From: Nitrosopumilaceae archaeon
GTDB taxonomy: Archaea; Thermoproteota; Nitrososphaeria; Nitrososphaerales; Nitrosopumilaceae
Direction of reading: 5' to 3'
DNA: 42,045 bases
NCBI GenBank assembly: GCA_052389415.1
Contig: JBQTHX010000039.1
Span: 1-42,045 of the forward strand
Below, one piece after another: positions 26,459-36,500 of the stretch. A model generated the notes under the pieces. That model did no database searches. It had not been told where the DNA came from and was given only the letters and a program-made list of their open reading frames with translations. The first letter of the stretch is position 1, and every line of letters begins with the position of its first letter. The translations under genes and the position numbers were made by a program.

Positions 26459-29338
26459 TTGATAGACTGGTTTTCAATAGAATCTAAATGGCGCAAAATA
26501 TGGAACGATGAAAGATACTTTGATACAGATCCATCTGAGAAAAAGAAATTCTTTGTGACTGTGGCTTATCCTTATCCAAATTCACCACAACACATAGGAC
26601 ATGGAAGAACGTACACATTAGCTGATGTTCATGCGCGATTTATGCGCATGTGTGGATACAATGTACTTTTTCCAATGGGGTTTCATTATACAGGAACTCC
26701 AATTCTTGGCATGGCAAGGCGTGTTCAAGAAAATGACAAGGAGCTAATAGAAGCATTTAGAACAATTTACAAAGTGCCAGAACATGATATACAGGAGTTT
26801 TCTGAACCTACTAAAATTGCAAGATATTTTCATCAAGAGATAAAATTAGGAATGAAAGAGATGGGATATTCCATAGATTGGAGAAGGGAATTTACAACAA
26901 TTGATCCAGTTTACAAAAAATTCATAAAATGGCAATTTATGAAATTGAAAGAGAAGAATCTCGTCATACAAGGTTCTCATCCAGTTGGTTGGTGCCCAAA
27001 AGATCAGAATCCAGTATCACAGCACGATACTTTAGGAGATGTGGAACCTGCTTTTACTGAATATGTACTTATCAAATTCAGATACGATAAATATGTCATA
27101 CCGACAGCTACACTTAGACCAGAAACAATTTTTGGTGTTACAAATCTGTGGATAAATCCTGATGTTACATACAAAATTATTGATGTGAATGGAGAGAATT
27201 GGATTGTAAGTGCAGAGTGTGCACGAAAGCTAGAGTTTATGAATAAAAGAGTTATTTTAGTTAGCGAGATTAGAGGTTCTGATCTTGTTGGCAAGAAAGC
27301 AAAAATTCCAGAAAGAAATGAGTACGTAACTATACTTCCAGCTAGATTCGTCAAAAGTGAAAATGGAACAGGCGTGGTAATGTCTGTGCCAGCTCATGCG
27401 CCATTTGATTATCAAGCTTTAGAAGACATTAAGAAAGATTCAAACAACTTGGAACAAGATGTCTTGAATTCTATTAAAGAAATAAATCCAATATCAATAA
27501 TACAAACTAAAGGATATGGAGAAATTCCTGCAAAGGAAGTCATTGAAAAATTCAAAATAAAAGATCAAAATAGTTCTCTTCTTGAAGAGGCTACAAAGGA
27601 GCTTTATGGAAAAGAATTCTATGAAGGAGTATTAAAAAACAATACAAACCAGTTCGCAGGAAAAAAGACCTCTGAAGTTAAAGAAGACGTAAAAAAATGG
27701 ATTTTACAACAAAAAAACGCAGATATTCTTTTTGAGATAAATGATGCCCCCATCAGGTGCAGATGTGGAGCTGAGTGTGTTGTAAAGATCCTAAATGATC
27801 AGTGGTTCTTGGATTATTCAAACAAAAATTGGAAGAAAGATGCACATTCTTGTATCAATGAGATGAAGATTCTCCCAGAGGACATACGTAATGAGTTCAA
27901 TTATGTAGTAGACTGGTTACGAGAACGTGCTTGTGCAAGGCAACACGGTTTAGGAACCGAGTTACCATGGGATAAAAATTGGATAATAGAAAGTCTTTCT
28001 GATTCTGTAATTTACATGGCATATTATATTCTTGCAAAATATGTTAACGCAAATCAAATTATTGCTGAAAATCTAGAAGACGAATTTTTTGATTACATAT
28101 TCTTGGAAGAAGGAGATGCTAAGAAAGTTGCTACAAATTGTAAGATTACAGAAAATCTCTTGGAAAAAATAAAAAAAGAATTCTCATATTTTTATCCTGT
28201 AAATGCAAGGCACTCTGGTCGAGATCTTGTTCCAAATCATTTGACATTTTTTGTATTTAACCACATTGCAATTTTCCCAAAAAAATACTGGCCAGAAGAA
28301 ATTGTTGTAAATGGTTCTGTTTTGATGGATGGTAAAAAGATGTCAAAATCTATGGGTAATATCATTCCTCTTCGTGACGCGATACGAAATTATGGTGCAG
28401 ATCCTATTCGACTATCAATATTAATTTCTGCAGAACTATTGCAAGATGCGGATTTCAATCTTGAAGCTGTGAAAGGAATTAAAAATAAGTTAGAGAATAT
28501 GTTGGAAGACTGTTCTAAATACAGATTAGACAAGCAAGCAGAATATCAACAAGAGGATAAATGGATTTTAAGTAGATTGGAACAGCTAGTTTTAGAAACA
28601 ACATCCGCTATGGAAAAAATGAGGTTACGTGAGGCACTACATTATGTGTTATACGAATTTGATTCTGACATACAATGGTACCTTAAGAGAACTATTGCTA
28701 AGAATAGAACAGATATCTCAAATACACTTCACCAAGTATTGTCTGCCAGAGTGAAGATGCTTTCTCCCTTCGCACCACATATTGCAGAAGAAATGTGGGA
28801 GAAATTGGAAAACACTGGTTTAGTTTCAAAATCACTTTGGCCATCAACGCATAAAGAAGATGTTGATAATGCGTCATTAGAATCAGAAAATCTTTTAAAG
28901 TCAACAATGGATGACATTAGAAATATCATTAAGGTAACTAAAATTACCCCAAAGAAGATCATAGTTTACACGTCAGATCACTGGAAGAACATAGCTTATC
29001 AAAAAATCCTTTCTAATGTAATGAAAGGTGAAATGAACATAGGAATTTTGATAAAATTACTTATTTCTGATAAAGAAACAGAAGTTGTAAAAAAAGATCC
29101 AGAATTTGTAAAAAAAACTGTTAATGACATACTTTCTGAACCGATAGAATCTCGCCAAATGAAATTAAAAACAAACATCATGAATGAGAGGGAGATCCTT
29201 TCAGAACTTGACTCTCTTGTCCAAAAAGATTATGGAGTAAATGTTCATGTATTTTCTGAATCTGATCCAGAGAAATATGATCCCAAGAGCAAAGCAAGAA
29301 CTGCAAGACCATTCAAACCTGCTATATTGATCGAGTAG
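26459..29338 (+). CDS. leuS: Leucine--tRNA ligase (archaeal/eukaryal type)
   Basis: PYPNSPQHIGH, ATLRPET, GTGVVMSVPAHAP, ESLSDS, KMSKS, ARPFKPAILIE; TTG start. Confidence 0.98.
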   Translation: MIDWFSIESKWRKIWNDERYFDTDPSEKKKFFVTVAYPYPNSPQHIGHGRTYTLADVHARFMRMCGYNVLFPMGFHYTGTPILGMARRVQENDKELIEAFRTIYKVPEHDIQEFSEPTKIARYFHQEIKLGMKEMGYSIDWRREFTTIDPVYKKFIKWQFMKLKEKNLVIQGSHPVGWCPKDQNPVSQHDTLGDVEPAFTEYVLIKFRYDKYVIPTATLRPETIFGVTNLWINPDVTYKIIDVNGENWIVSAECARKLEFMNKRVILVSEIRGSDLVGKKAKIPERNEYVTILPARFVKSENGTGVVMSVPAHAPFDYQALEDIKKDSNNLEQDVLNSIKEINPISIIQTKGYGEIPAKEVIEKFKIKDQNSSLLEEATKELYGKEFYEGVLKNNTNQFAGKKTSEVKEDVKKWILQQKNADILFEINDAPIRCRCGAECVVKILNDQWFLDYSNKNWKKDAHSCINEMKILPEDIRNEFNYVVDWLRERACARQHGLGTELPWDKNWIIESLSDSVIYMAYYILAKYVNANQIIAENLEDEFFDYIFLEEGDAKKVATNCKITENLLEKIKKEFSYFYPVNARHSGRDLVPNHLTFFVFNHIAIFPKKYWPEEIVVNGSVLMDGKKMSKSMGNIIPLRDAIRNYGADPIRLSILISAELLQDADFNLEAVKGIKNKLENMLEDCSKYRLDKQAEYQQEDKWILSRLEQLVLETTSAMEKMRLREALHYVLYEFDSDIQWYLKRTIAKNRTDISNTLHQVLSARVKMLSPFAPHIAEEMWEKLENTGLVSKSLWPSTHKEDVDNASLESENLLKSTMDDIRNIIKVTKITPKKIIVYTSDHWKNIAYQKILSNVMKGEMNIGILIKLLISDKETEVVKKDPEFVKKTVNDILSEPIESRQMKLKTNIMNEREILSELDSLVQKDYGVNVHVFSESDPEKYDPKSKARTARPFKPAILIE

Positions 29339-29412
29339 GTAACAATTCCTAAAGTAAAAAAAGAACAACAATTGAAAACATCCTTTTATTAGGTATTTTT
29401 AGAATAAGAACT

Positions 29413-30420
29413 ATGAAGATAGCAGTTGTAGGTATAGGAGTTGCCGGTGGATATCTTCTTTCTAGATTAAAAAATGAACATGAAGTAGTCGGATTTGAAA
29501 GATCTTCATTAGAGAATCATGACTCAATCTGTGCATGGGGCACAACGAAAGGACCAATGCAAAATTTTGCAAAAAAATGTGATCTTGATTTTAATGATTA
29601 TGTGATACATGATGGAAAAAACATGTATGTTGATATGAATTCTGAAAGATTCAGTATAAAACTAAGTGGTTTGTGTACTTATGACAAGATTCGTCTAATC
29701 AAAGATATGTCCAAGGGATGTAAGATCCATTACAATACAACCCCCAAAATTGAAACCCTGGATTCAGAATTTGATCTTGTGATTGATGCAACTGGTTTTT
29801 ACAGAACATATCTTCCAAAACCTGCCAGAGATTTTTACCTACCCACATACCAGTACAAAATAGAATATGAAGATCAAGTACCATTTGATGATTTTTATTT
29901 GAAACCATTCTCAGGAATTACTGGGTATTTTTGGTATTTTCCCTTGGGAAAGAAACTTGCTCACATAGGCGCAGGTGATAGAAATAGAAAGCATGTTGAA
30001 GAGACAGATGCATTTTTAAAAAAATATGGAGGTAAAATAATAAAGACTGTAGGCAGACCAATACGTCTTGCTACCCCAGATATGTGTGAACCTTTCTATC
30101 ATGGCAAAATAGTTGGTGTGGGAGAATCAATTGGTACTGTTTATCCTCTACTCGGCGAAGGAATTATCCCCAGCATGACTTGTGCTGACATATTTATAGA
30201 AAATATTCACGATAAAGAACGATATAGAAAACAGATTCTTGAAAAATTTTCTATCTATCCAAAGGTATTAACATTTGTCAGAAACAAAATGGATTCCAAA
30301 TTCGGATTGATAAAACATTTTTCTGATTTAATATCCATTTACAGATATATGAAAAAGAATGAAAAGAGATTCGGAATGGAAATTCGCATTGGTGATATGA
30401 TGAAGGTTGCAAGAGCTTAG
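29413..30420 (+). CDS. FAD-dependent oxidoreductase, geranylgeranyl reductase-like
   Basis: GIGVAG dinucleotide fold, DATG, GYFWYFP (GGR-type YxWxFP), VGESIG..YPLLGEGI. Confidence 0.8.
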   Translation: MKIAVVGIGVAGGYLLSRLKNEHEVVGFERSSLENHDSICAWGTTKGPMQNFAKKCDLDFNDYVIHDGKNMYVDMNSERFSIKLSGLCTYDKIRLIKDMSKGCKIHYNTTPKIETLDSEFDLVIDATGFYRTYLPKPARDFYLPTYQYKIEYEDQVPFDDFYLKPFSGITGYFWYFPLGKKLAHIGAGDRNRKHVEETDAFLKKYGGKIIKTVGRPIRLATPDMCEPFYHGKIVGVGESIGTVYPLLGEGIIPSMTCADIFIENIHDKERYRKQILEKFSIYPKVLTFVRNKMDSKFGLIKHFSDLISIYRYMKKNEKRFGMEIRIGDMMKVARA

Positions 30421-31124
30421 AATCCATAAATAACAGAGCCAAAATTTTCTCTAATTGTCCTATTTGAATTCATGTTGTATCCATATATGATTTTAGAATA
30501 TTCTGTCAGAATCTCTTTCATTGGATCTAGTGATTTTGAGAGATAAAAACCAGGACAATCTCCAGTAAACTGAAAAGTGGCGTGTACACGTGCCAATCCT
30601 TTTTCATTCTCAAGCCAAGACGAAAATGGATATAGATGACATACACCAGGCCTAGCAGGATGCAGACTACAGTAACCTTTGTCATCTAGAAATCTACATG
30701 GGATATGTGTTCCATCCTCGTTGATTGTTTCGTTCTCTTTTCGTTTTAAGTTAATCATCGTCATGATCGTATTCACATTATCAGAAGGACCAATTTCTTG
30801 CCATGTGGCTATATTAGTTTCTTTTTTAATAAAATCAGAAGTTTTTTCATATTTGAGACTTTTACTAATTGTAATAAGATCATTTGATGTTAACGGTAGT
30901 CTTCCTTGTCGATTACAACAATTATGACAATCAGGCCAAAAACATTTCCACACAATGTAGCTGGTTTCCTTTGTCAGGTATGGAATATGAAAAATAACAT
31001 CATTAATTTTTATTGTGAATTCTGAGACATCATCACGGTTACCTAAAATGAAATCTCGTATTATTGGATTTACCTCCCAGTCTTTTGATAAAAGTTCAAG
31101 CGATTCCTCAAGTTCCTTATGCAT
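30417..31124 (-). CDS. YkgJ-family Cys-cluster (putative Zn/Fe-S chelating) protein
   Basis: C-x4-CxxCC, CRFLD...CSLH..RPGVCHLYPF, CPG. Confidence 0.85.
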   Translation of the reverse strand: MHKELEESLELLSKDWEVNPIIRDFILGNRDDVSEFTIKINDVIFHIPYLTKETSYIVWKCFWPDCHNCCNRQGRLPLTSNDLITISKSLKYEKTSDFIKKETNIATWQEIGPSDNVNTIMTMINLKRKENETINEDGTHIPCRFLDDKGYCSLHPARPGVCHLYPFSSWLENEKGLARVHATFQFTGDCPGFYLSKSLDPMKEILTEYSKIIYGYNMNSNRTIRENFGSVIYGF

Positions 31125-31165
31125 TAATTAATAAATTACAATTCAACTTTTGAACGTTATCAATC

Positions 31166-31483
31166 TTGAAAGAAAAGGGAAAATACGCTTCTGCCACTCA
31201 CAACAGAAGATTAGTTTGGGAAAAGGTCATGTGGCCTCTAATTTTAGAGCTTAATAATGTTAGTTTTACGATGGAGCAATACAAGAAAAAAAGAGATGCA
31301 ATCTGTAAAGAATTGGAAATAGCACCATCAAGAATTGCGGGGGGCTTTGTTTCTTTATTATTGAAAGGAATGTTATACAAGGAAAAAGATCTTTATTCAA
31401 TTCATTATAGACTAATTCCATACATGCGCCTCAAAGCAGAGTGCGACTATGCAACAGCCATACGTGAAACTAGTGTCAAATAA
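31166..31483 (+). CDS. Hypothetical protein (possible winged-helix-like)
   Basis: 105-aa basic ORF with TTG start; 'SRIAGGFVSLLLKGMLYKEKDLYSI' resembles a recognition helix plus wing. Confidence 0.65.
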   Translation: MKEKGKYASATHNRRLVWEKVMWPLILELNNVSFTMEQYKKKRDAICKELEIAPSRIAGGFVSLLLKGMLYKEKDLYSIHYRLIPYMRLKAECDYATAIRETSVK

Positions 31484-31562
31484 AAGATCTCGAAAAAAAT
31501 TAATTATTAAAATTAATTTGAAAGGAATAATTATATTCTGAACCAGTCACATTCGTTTCTGT

Positions 31563-31666
31563 AGCCCGATAGTCTAGTGGCCAAACAATTTTTGGGTTAG
31601 GGATCCCAGGCTCTGGATCTTATGAGAGGATACCTGGGGACGGCAGTTCGAATCTGCCTCGGGCTA
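31563..31666 (+). tRNA. tRNA-Gln(CTG) with two introns: 31585-31600 (position 21/22) and 31617-31631 (37/38)
   Basis: Acceptor AGCCCGA/TCGGGCT (A1-U72, typical of archaeal tRNA-Gln), discriminator A. D-arm GTCT-AGTGGCCAA[ACAATTTTTGGGTTAG]-GGAT; anticodon arm CCAGG-CTCTGG[ATCTTATGAGAGGAT]A-CCTGG; T-arm GGCAG-TTCGAAT-CTGCC; T-run follows. Confidence 0.9.
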
Positions 31667-31695
31667 CTCTTTTTGTATAAATACAAAGTTTTCTT

Positions 31696-32295
31696 CTATC
31701 TTGAAGCCATAGCTATTCTTTCAAGCTCATTCTTTTTCTTAACTGATGGTGCATTCATATCATTCGCTGCAGCCAATATCAAATGTTCTGCAAGATTTTC
31801 TTCCATTGCCTTTGGATTTGAAAATGACGCATCGCGTACACCTTCAGCAATAAATCTTAAAGCTAGATCGACTCTTCGTAATGGAGCAACATCAACAGAT
31901 ACATGATAAACAGTTCCACCATAAACTATTCTTGTGGTATCCTCATTTGGTGCTGAGTTTTCAATTGCTTTTACTAATATTTCTACGGGATTCTTTCCAG
32001 TTTTTAAGTTTATGATTTCAAATGAGGCTTTTACTGTGTTAAGCGAACGCGTCTTCTTACCTCCCATTCTACCTGTGTTTTTCGCATATTTTTTTCCAAA
32101 ATGTAATAGCTTGTTTGCAAGTCGCTCCACTATGTTGACATCAGCTTTGTTGAATCTTTTAAGCGCTGAACGACCAAAAGTTAGAGGAATTATTGTCTTT
32201 TTTACAGATATAGCATTTTTCAATCCAGGATCTTTTATTGCAATATTGGAGAGATCCCATTTTCTAAATAATAAAAGGTTACTTGTTTCTACCAA
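31696..32295 (-). CDS. rps7: 30S ribosomal protein uS7
   Basis: LFRKWD, NIVERL, AIENSAP, VDVAPLRRVDLALR, ELERIA. Confidence 0.97.
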   Translation of the reverse strand: MVETSNLLLFRKWDLSNIAIKDPGLKNAISVKKTIIPLTFGRSALKRFNKADVNIVERLANKLLHFGKKYAKNTGRMGGKKTRSLNTVKASFEIINLKTGKNPVEILVKAIENSAPNEDTTRIVYGGTVYHVSVDVAPLRRVDLALRFIAEGVRDASFSNPKAMEENLAEHLILAAANDMNAPSVKKKNELERIAMASR

Positions 32296-32297
32296 AT

Positions 32298-32735
32298 CTA
32301 TCGCCTAGGTTTTTCTTTTTTTCCATATACAAGTTCTTTTAATGAAGTTCCATTTACTTTGAAAACTTTCCATCTAACACCAGGAATATCTCCCATCGCT
32401 CCACCCATAGTTGCGCCCATTCCTTCAACATGTACTTCGTCGTGTTCATCAACAAAATTCATTGCACCATCTCTTGGTAAAAATGCAGTCACCGTTTTGC
32501 CATTTTTTATGAGCTGAACACGAACACATTTTCTAACTGCAGAATTTGGCTGCTTTGCTTCAATACCTACTTTTTCTAAGACAATTCCCCTTGCTTGTGG
32601 AGCTCCCCCCAATGGATCCGCTTTTTTATTAAGACCGAGGTTTCGTCGTTTGTATGTTCCTATAGACCAACGTTGTTTCTTTCTTTTATCCTTGAGAACT
32701 CTTCCTGAAAACAAGCCAAGTGGTGATTTTGCCAA
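32298..32735 (-). CDS. rps12: 30S ribosomal protein uS12
   Basis: [29 protein letters not shown]. Confidence 0.98.
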   Translation of the reverse strand: MAKSPLGLFSGRVLKDKRKKQRWSIGTYKRRNLGLNKKADPLGGAPQARGIVLEKVGIEAKQPNSAVRKCVRVQLIKNGKTVTAFLPRDGAMNFVDEHDEVHVEGMGATMGGAMGDIPGVRWKVFKVNGTSLKELVYGKKEKPRR

Positions 32736-32743
32736 ATCCTTTT

Positions 32744-33202
32744 TTACTCCAATATTTTTTCTGGGCTTTGTATCAAAACGCTAGAAATTTGGAAGTATCG
32801 CTTTGCTAGAAGACGTGCTTTTTCTGCATTACGGCCTTCCCGTCCTACTACAACTCCTTTCTTTTTTTGATCTACCATCACTATTGCTTGCATAGATCCA
32901 TCCAATCTTTTATTTATTTTAACTTCAGATATCAGTTTTGGATTTAGCATATTTTTCAGAAATTCTATTGGATCTTCTGCATACTCTACCAGCTCTACAT
33001 TTCTTTTTACAACATTTTGGAGATTTCTTATGGTAGAACCACCTTTGCCAATTGCTAGACCCATCTTACCTTGATTGACAACAAATATCACTCTATCAAG
33101 TTTTTCATCTTCAATACAATCTCTTGCAGTTGCACCTGTAACATTTTGAAATAGTGACATTAATTTAATTTGATCTGTAGTAAGTTTGATTGTTTCTGTC
33201 AT
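32744..33202 (-). CDS. nusA: Archaeal NusA (KH-domain) transcription factor
   Basis: [23 protein letters not shown]. Confidence 0.95.
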   Translation of the reverse strand: MTETIKLTTDQIKLMSLFQNVTGATARDCIEDEKLDRVIFVVNQGKMGLAIGKGGSTIRNLQNVVKRNVELVEYAEDPIEFLKNMLNPKLISEVKINKRLDGSMQAIVMVDQKKKGVVVGREGRNAEKARLLAKRYFQISSVLIQSPEKILE

Positions 33203-33274
33203 GTTGCGTCTATTTTAATTTCGATGTTCTGTGTGGCTCATTTAAAGCTTGATAATAGTCGAAAAACAAGCCAT

Positions 33275-33595
33275 TTATTCTTGAATCTCTTGTTCTGATT
33301 CCTTTAATATGGATTTGAGATTTACGTCACTCAGAGTTTTTAATGAGATGGCGGATATTCTAAATTGTGTTCCACATACCCTTCCAAGTGCTACGGATGA
33401 ACCCTTGAAATTAATGATTGGTACTTTCGAACTTTTTGCTGTTTCATTTATTTTTTGAAGCATATTTTTTGGAACAGAATCAGAGAAAATTACAAGTTTA
33501 GAATTTTTTATAGAAGTTGCTACTTCCTTTGCACCAAGAGCACATTTATTGCCTTCCATTGCGTCTTTAATTATTTTTTCTAAAAGTTTACTCAT
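33275..33595 (-). CDS. rpl30e: 50S ribosomal protein eL30
   Basis: LGAKEV, FKGSSVALGRVCG.QFRIS; position between rpoA and nusA. Confidence 0.92.
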   Translation of the reverse strand: MSKLLEKIIKDAMEGNKCALGAKEVATSIKNSKLVIFSDSVPKNMLQKINETAKSSKVPIINFKGSSVALGRVCGTQFRISAISLKTLSDVNLKSILKESEQEIQE

Positions 33596-36500
33596 TTTTT
33601 ATCACTTTCATATAGAGATCAACTGTTCCTGTCCCGACAGGTATGTTCGCACCAACAATGACATTTTCAGTAACACCTTTTAGTTGTTCTACTTCTCCCG
33701 CTAATGCTGCCTCTGCAATTGTAGGAACAGTTATTTCAAATGCAGCTCTTGCCAGAACGCTAGTTTTTGTTCCAGCTATTCCATGTCTACCAATTTGTTG
33801 CATGTATCCTCTTGAACACATAAGATCTGCTACAAGCATGATGTATCGAATATCTACTTCTAAACCTTGATCCTCTAGAGTTGTGCTAAGTTCATTTATT
33901 AGTGCATTACGAGCTGCTTCAATTCCTAGAGTATTTGCGATTTCAAATACATTGTTTGTACGAATATTTTTGTTATCAATTCCTTCAACTTCAAATACTT
34001 TAGCAATGTTAGAACCTGATGTTTGAATAACCCATTCATCATCCTGTTGTACAATTGTAACTCTTTCCACATCAGCAACGCCTTTTACTTTTGTACCAAG
34101 AATTTTGTTTCTAAGAGCAAGTATTGATTGTGCGTCTGATTCCTCAGTAAGAGTAAGGGTAATGGAATTGCCACTTGTTTCTATTTCAAATTTCTTTTTC
34201 GATGATTGTAATGCTTCTTCTACATCGGCAATTGTGCATGCTCTTTCCCTTAATTTATCTGGATTAAGATTTAGTTTTATTTTTGTCGAATAATCAGTCT
34301 CAGTGCTTGATATTAATGCCATGATTTTTGTATGTAAAATCTCACGAGCCACTTGGATGGCTTTTTCCTTGGATTTCTTGAATTTTGGTTCAAGATAAAT
34401 ATCCATGGTGGGAGTAAGGGGTTTTTTGCGTGCATCTACAAGCTCTATGAGTCTTGGTAGCCCCAATGTCACGTTTCTTTCTCTTATTCCTGCAAAGTGA
34501 AATGTTCTTAACGTCATTTGTGTTCCAGGTTCACCAATTGATTGTGCCGTGACGATGCCTACTGCTTGACCCGGTTCTACCTTTGCCTTTTCGTATAATT
34601 CAAGTGCCTTCTTGCACACTTTCTCTATTCCTTCTTTACTTAATTTTGCTTCAAGCAGGGCTTCTTGGACCATTTTCGTAAGCCTGGGATTGAAGGTTTT
34701 TGTGTATTTTTTAGCAAATTCTGTAATCTCTTCTTTTGTTGCTTTCTTTCCAGAATCAACAATAGTTTCAGATTCGATAAGCCTTTCAATTCTAAATGCT
34801 TCACCATGATCACTTTTTGCAACATCAATTCCATCTTCTCCATACAAGAATTGTATTATGTGGCCATGCGGATCTCTTACCGTTCCATCATATTCTAGTT
34901 TGAGATGTTCTAATGCATTAATCAATCTTCTTTGCATGTAACCACTTTGTTGTGTTCTTACTGCAGTGTCTACAAGTCCTTCACGTCCTCCCATTGCATG
35001 GAAGAAAAATTCTAAAGTGGAAAGTCCTTCTCGGTAATTAGATTTTACAAATCCTCTGGCATCTGGATTGGTATCATTTTCTTTGTAGTGTGGAAGCGCC
35101 CTGTTATTGTATCCTTTATGAATCCTTTTTCCACGGATTGATTGTTGACCTAGTGCACCTGCCATCTGTCCTATGTTTAATGATGAACCCCTGGCACCTG
35201 TAGTTGCCATTATTCTACCAGCATTTGTTTCATCAAACGATTTATCAGCCATACCTCCTGCTTTGTCTCTTGCTTTTGAAAGTTCATTTACAATATATGC
35301 TTCTAGTGCTTCTTCCGCAGAAAGACCTCTACTAAGTTGTAATGTTCCTTTCTTTGCTTGGGATATTAAATCATAGACTTTGTTATATGTCTCATGTATT
35401 CCTTCAACAATAGTTTCCTTGGTTTTTTGTGAGAGTTCAAGATCAGAATATCCGTAACTGAATCCGTAATGGGTTATAAACTGTTTAAGCATTACAAGTA
35501 TAGAGTTTAAGAACTTCTTGGCTTCATCATATCCGTAATCCTTTGTAATTCTATGTAATACACTATCTGGTTCCTCAGCACCTATGGATGCTTTATCAAT
35601 AACACCGCTGATTAACTGACCATTTTTAATTACAACATCTTTGGTTGGACCTTTTGTTCCCTTGGACCATTTTGATGTAATAACATAATTGAAATCCTTT
35701 GGCATGAAAAGAGAGAAGAGCTGCTTTCCTGTGAAAAGTACACCGCTTTTATTTTTGATTGAGGGTTCCGGAAATGTCCCCTTGTACCCAGCTATCATTG
35801 CAAGATTCGCAAACTCTTGAGCTGTAAGTGTTGTTCCATCCTTTGTCAACAGATATGCTCCAGTAATAAAATCACGCAAAGCTCCAATTATTGGACCTCC
35901 ATATCTTGGCGAGATGAGTTGATCTTGCACTCGCATCAATAGAATTGCCTCAGCTCTAGCTTCCTCACTTTGTGGCACATGTAAATTCATTTCATCACCA
36001 TCAAAGTCAGCATTATATGGCGGGCAAACAGACGGATGTAATCTAAAAGTTTTCCCTGGTAGAACTTTAACATAGTGAGCCATGATGGACATTTGGTGCA
36101 AGGATGGTTGTCTGTTAAACATTACAATGTCACCATCTGAAAGATGTCTTTCGATCAAGTAACCAATCTCTATGTTGCTTGCAATGGTTTCTCGATCTTC
36201 TACAAAGTCAAGTCTAATTTTAACTCCATCAGGTCTTACAATATAATTAGCCCCTGGAAATTTACTTGGTCCATTGATGACAAGTTTCTTTAGCCTTTCG
36301 ATGTTCCACTCAGTCACGACTTCTGGTATAGTAAGCTTAGTTGCCACAGCCTCTGGCACACCAACTTCTGATAGATCAAGATTAGGATCTGGAGAAATAA
36401 CAGTTCTACTGGAAAAGTCAACCCTTTTACCTGAAAGAGAACCTCTGAATCTTCCTTCTTTTCCCTTCAGTCTTTGTGTAAGAGTTTTCAATGGTCTGCC

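Noticed and set aside
31497-31520. AT-only inverted repeat (aaattaatt...aattaattt) upstream of tRNA-Gln
   Set aside because: Low complexity, expected by chance in AT-rich intergenic DNA.
31622-31906. 94-aa plus-strand ORF
   Set aside because: Starts inside the tRNA-Gln intron and runs antisense to rps7; shadow ORF.
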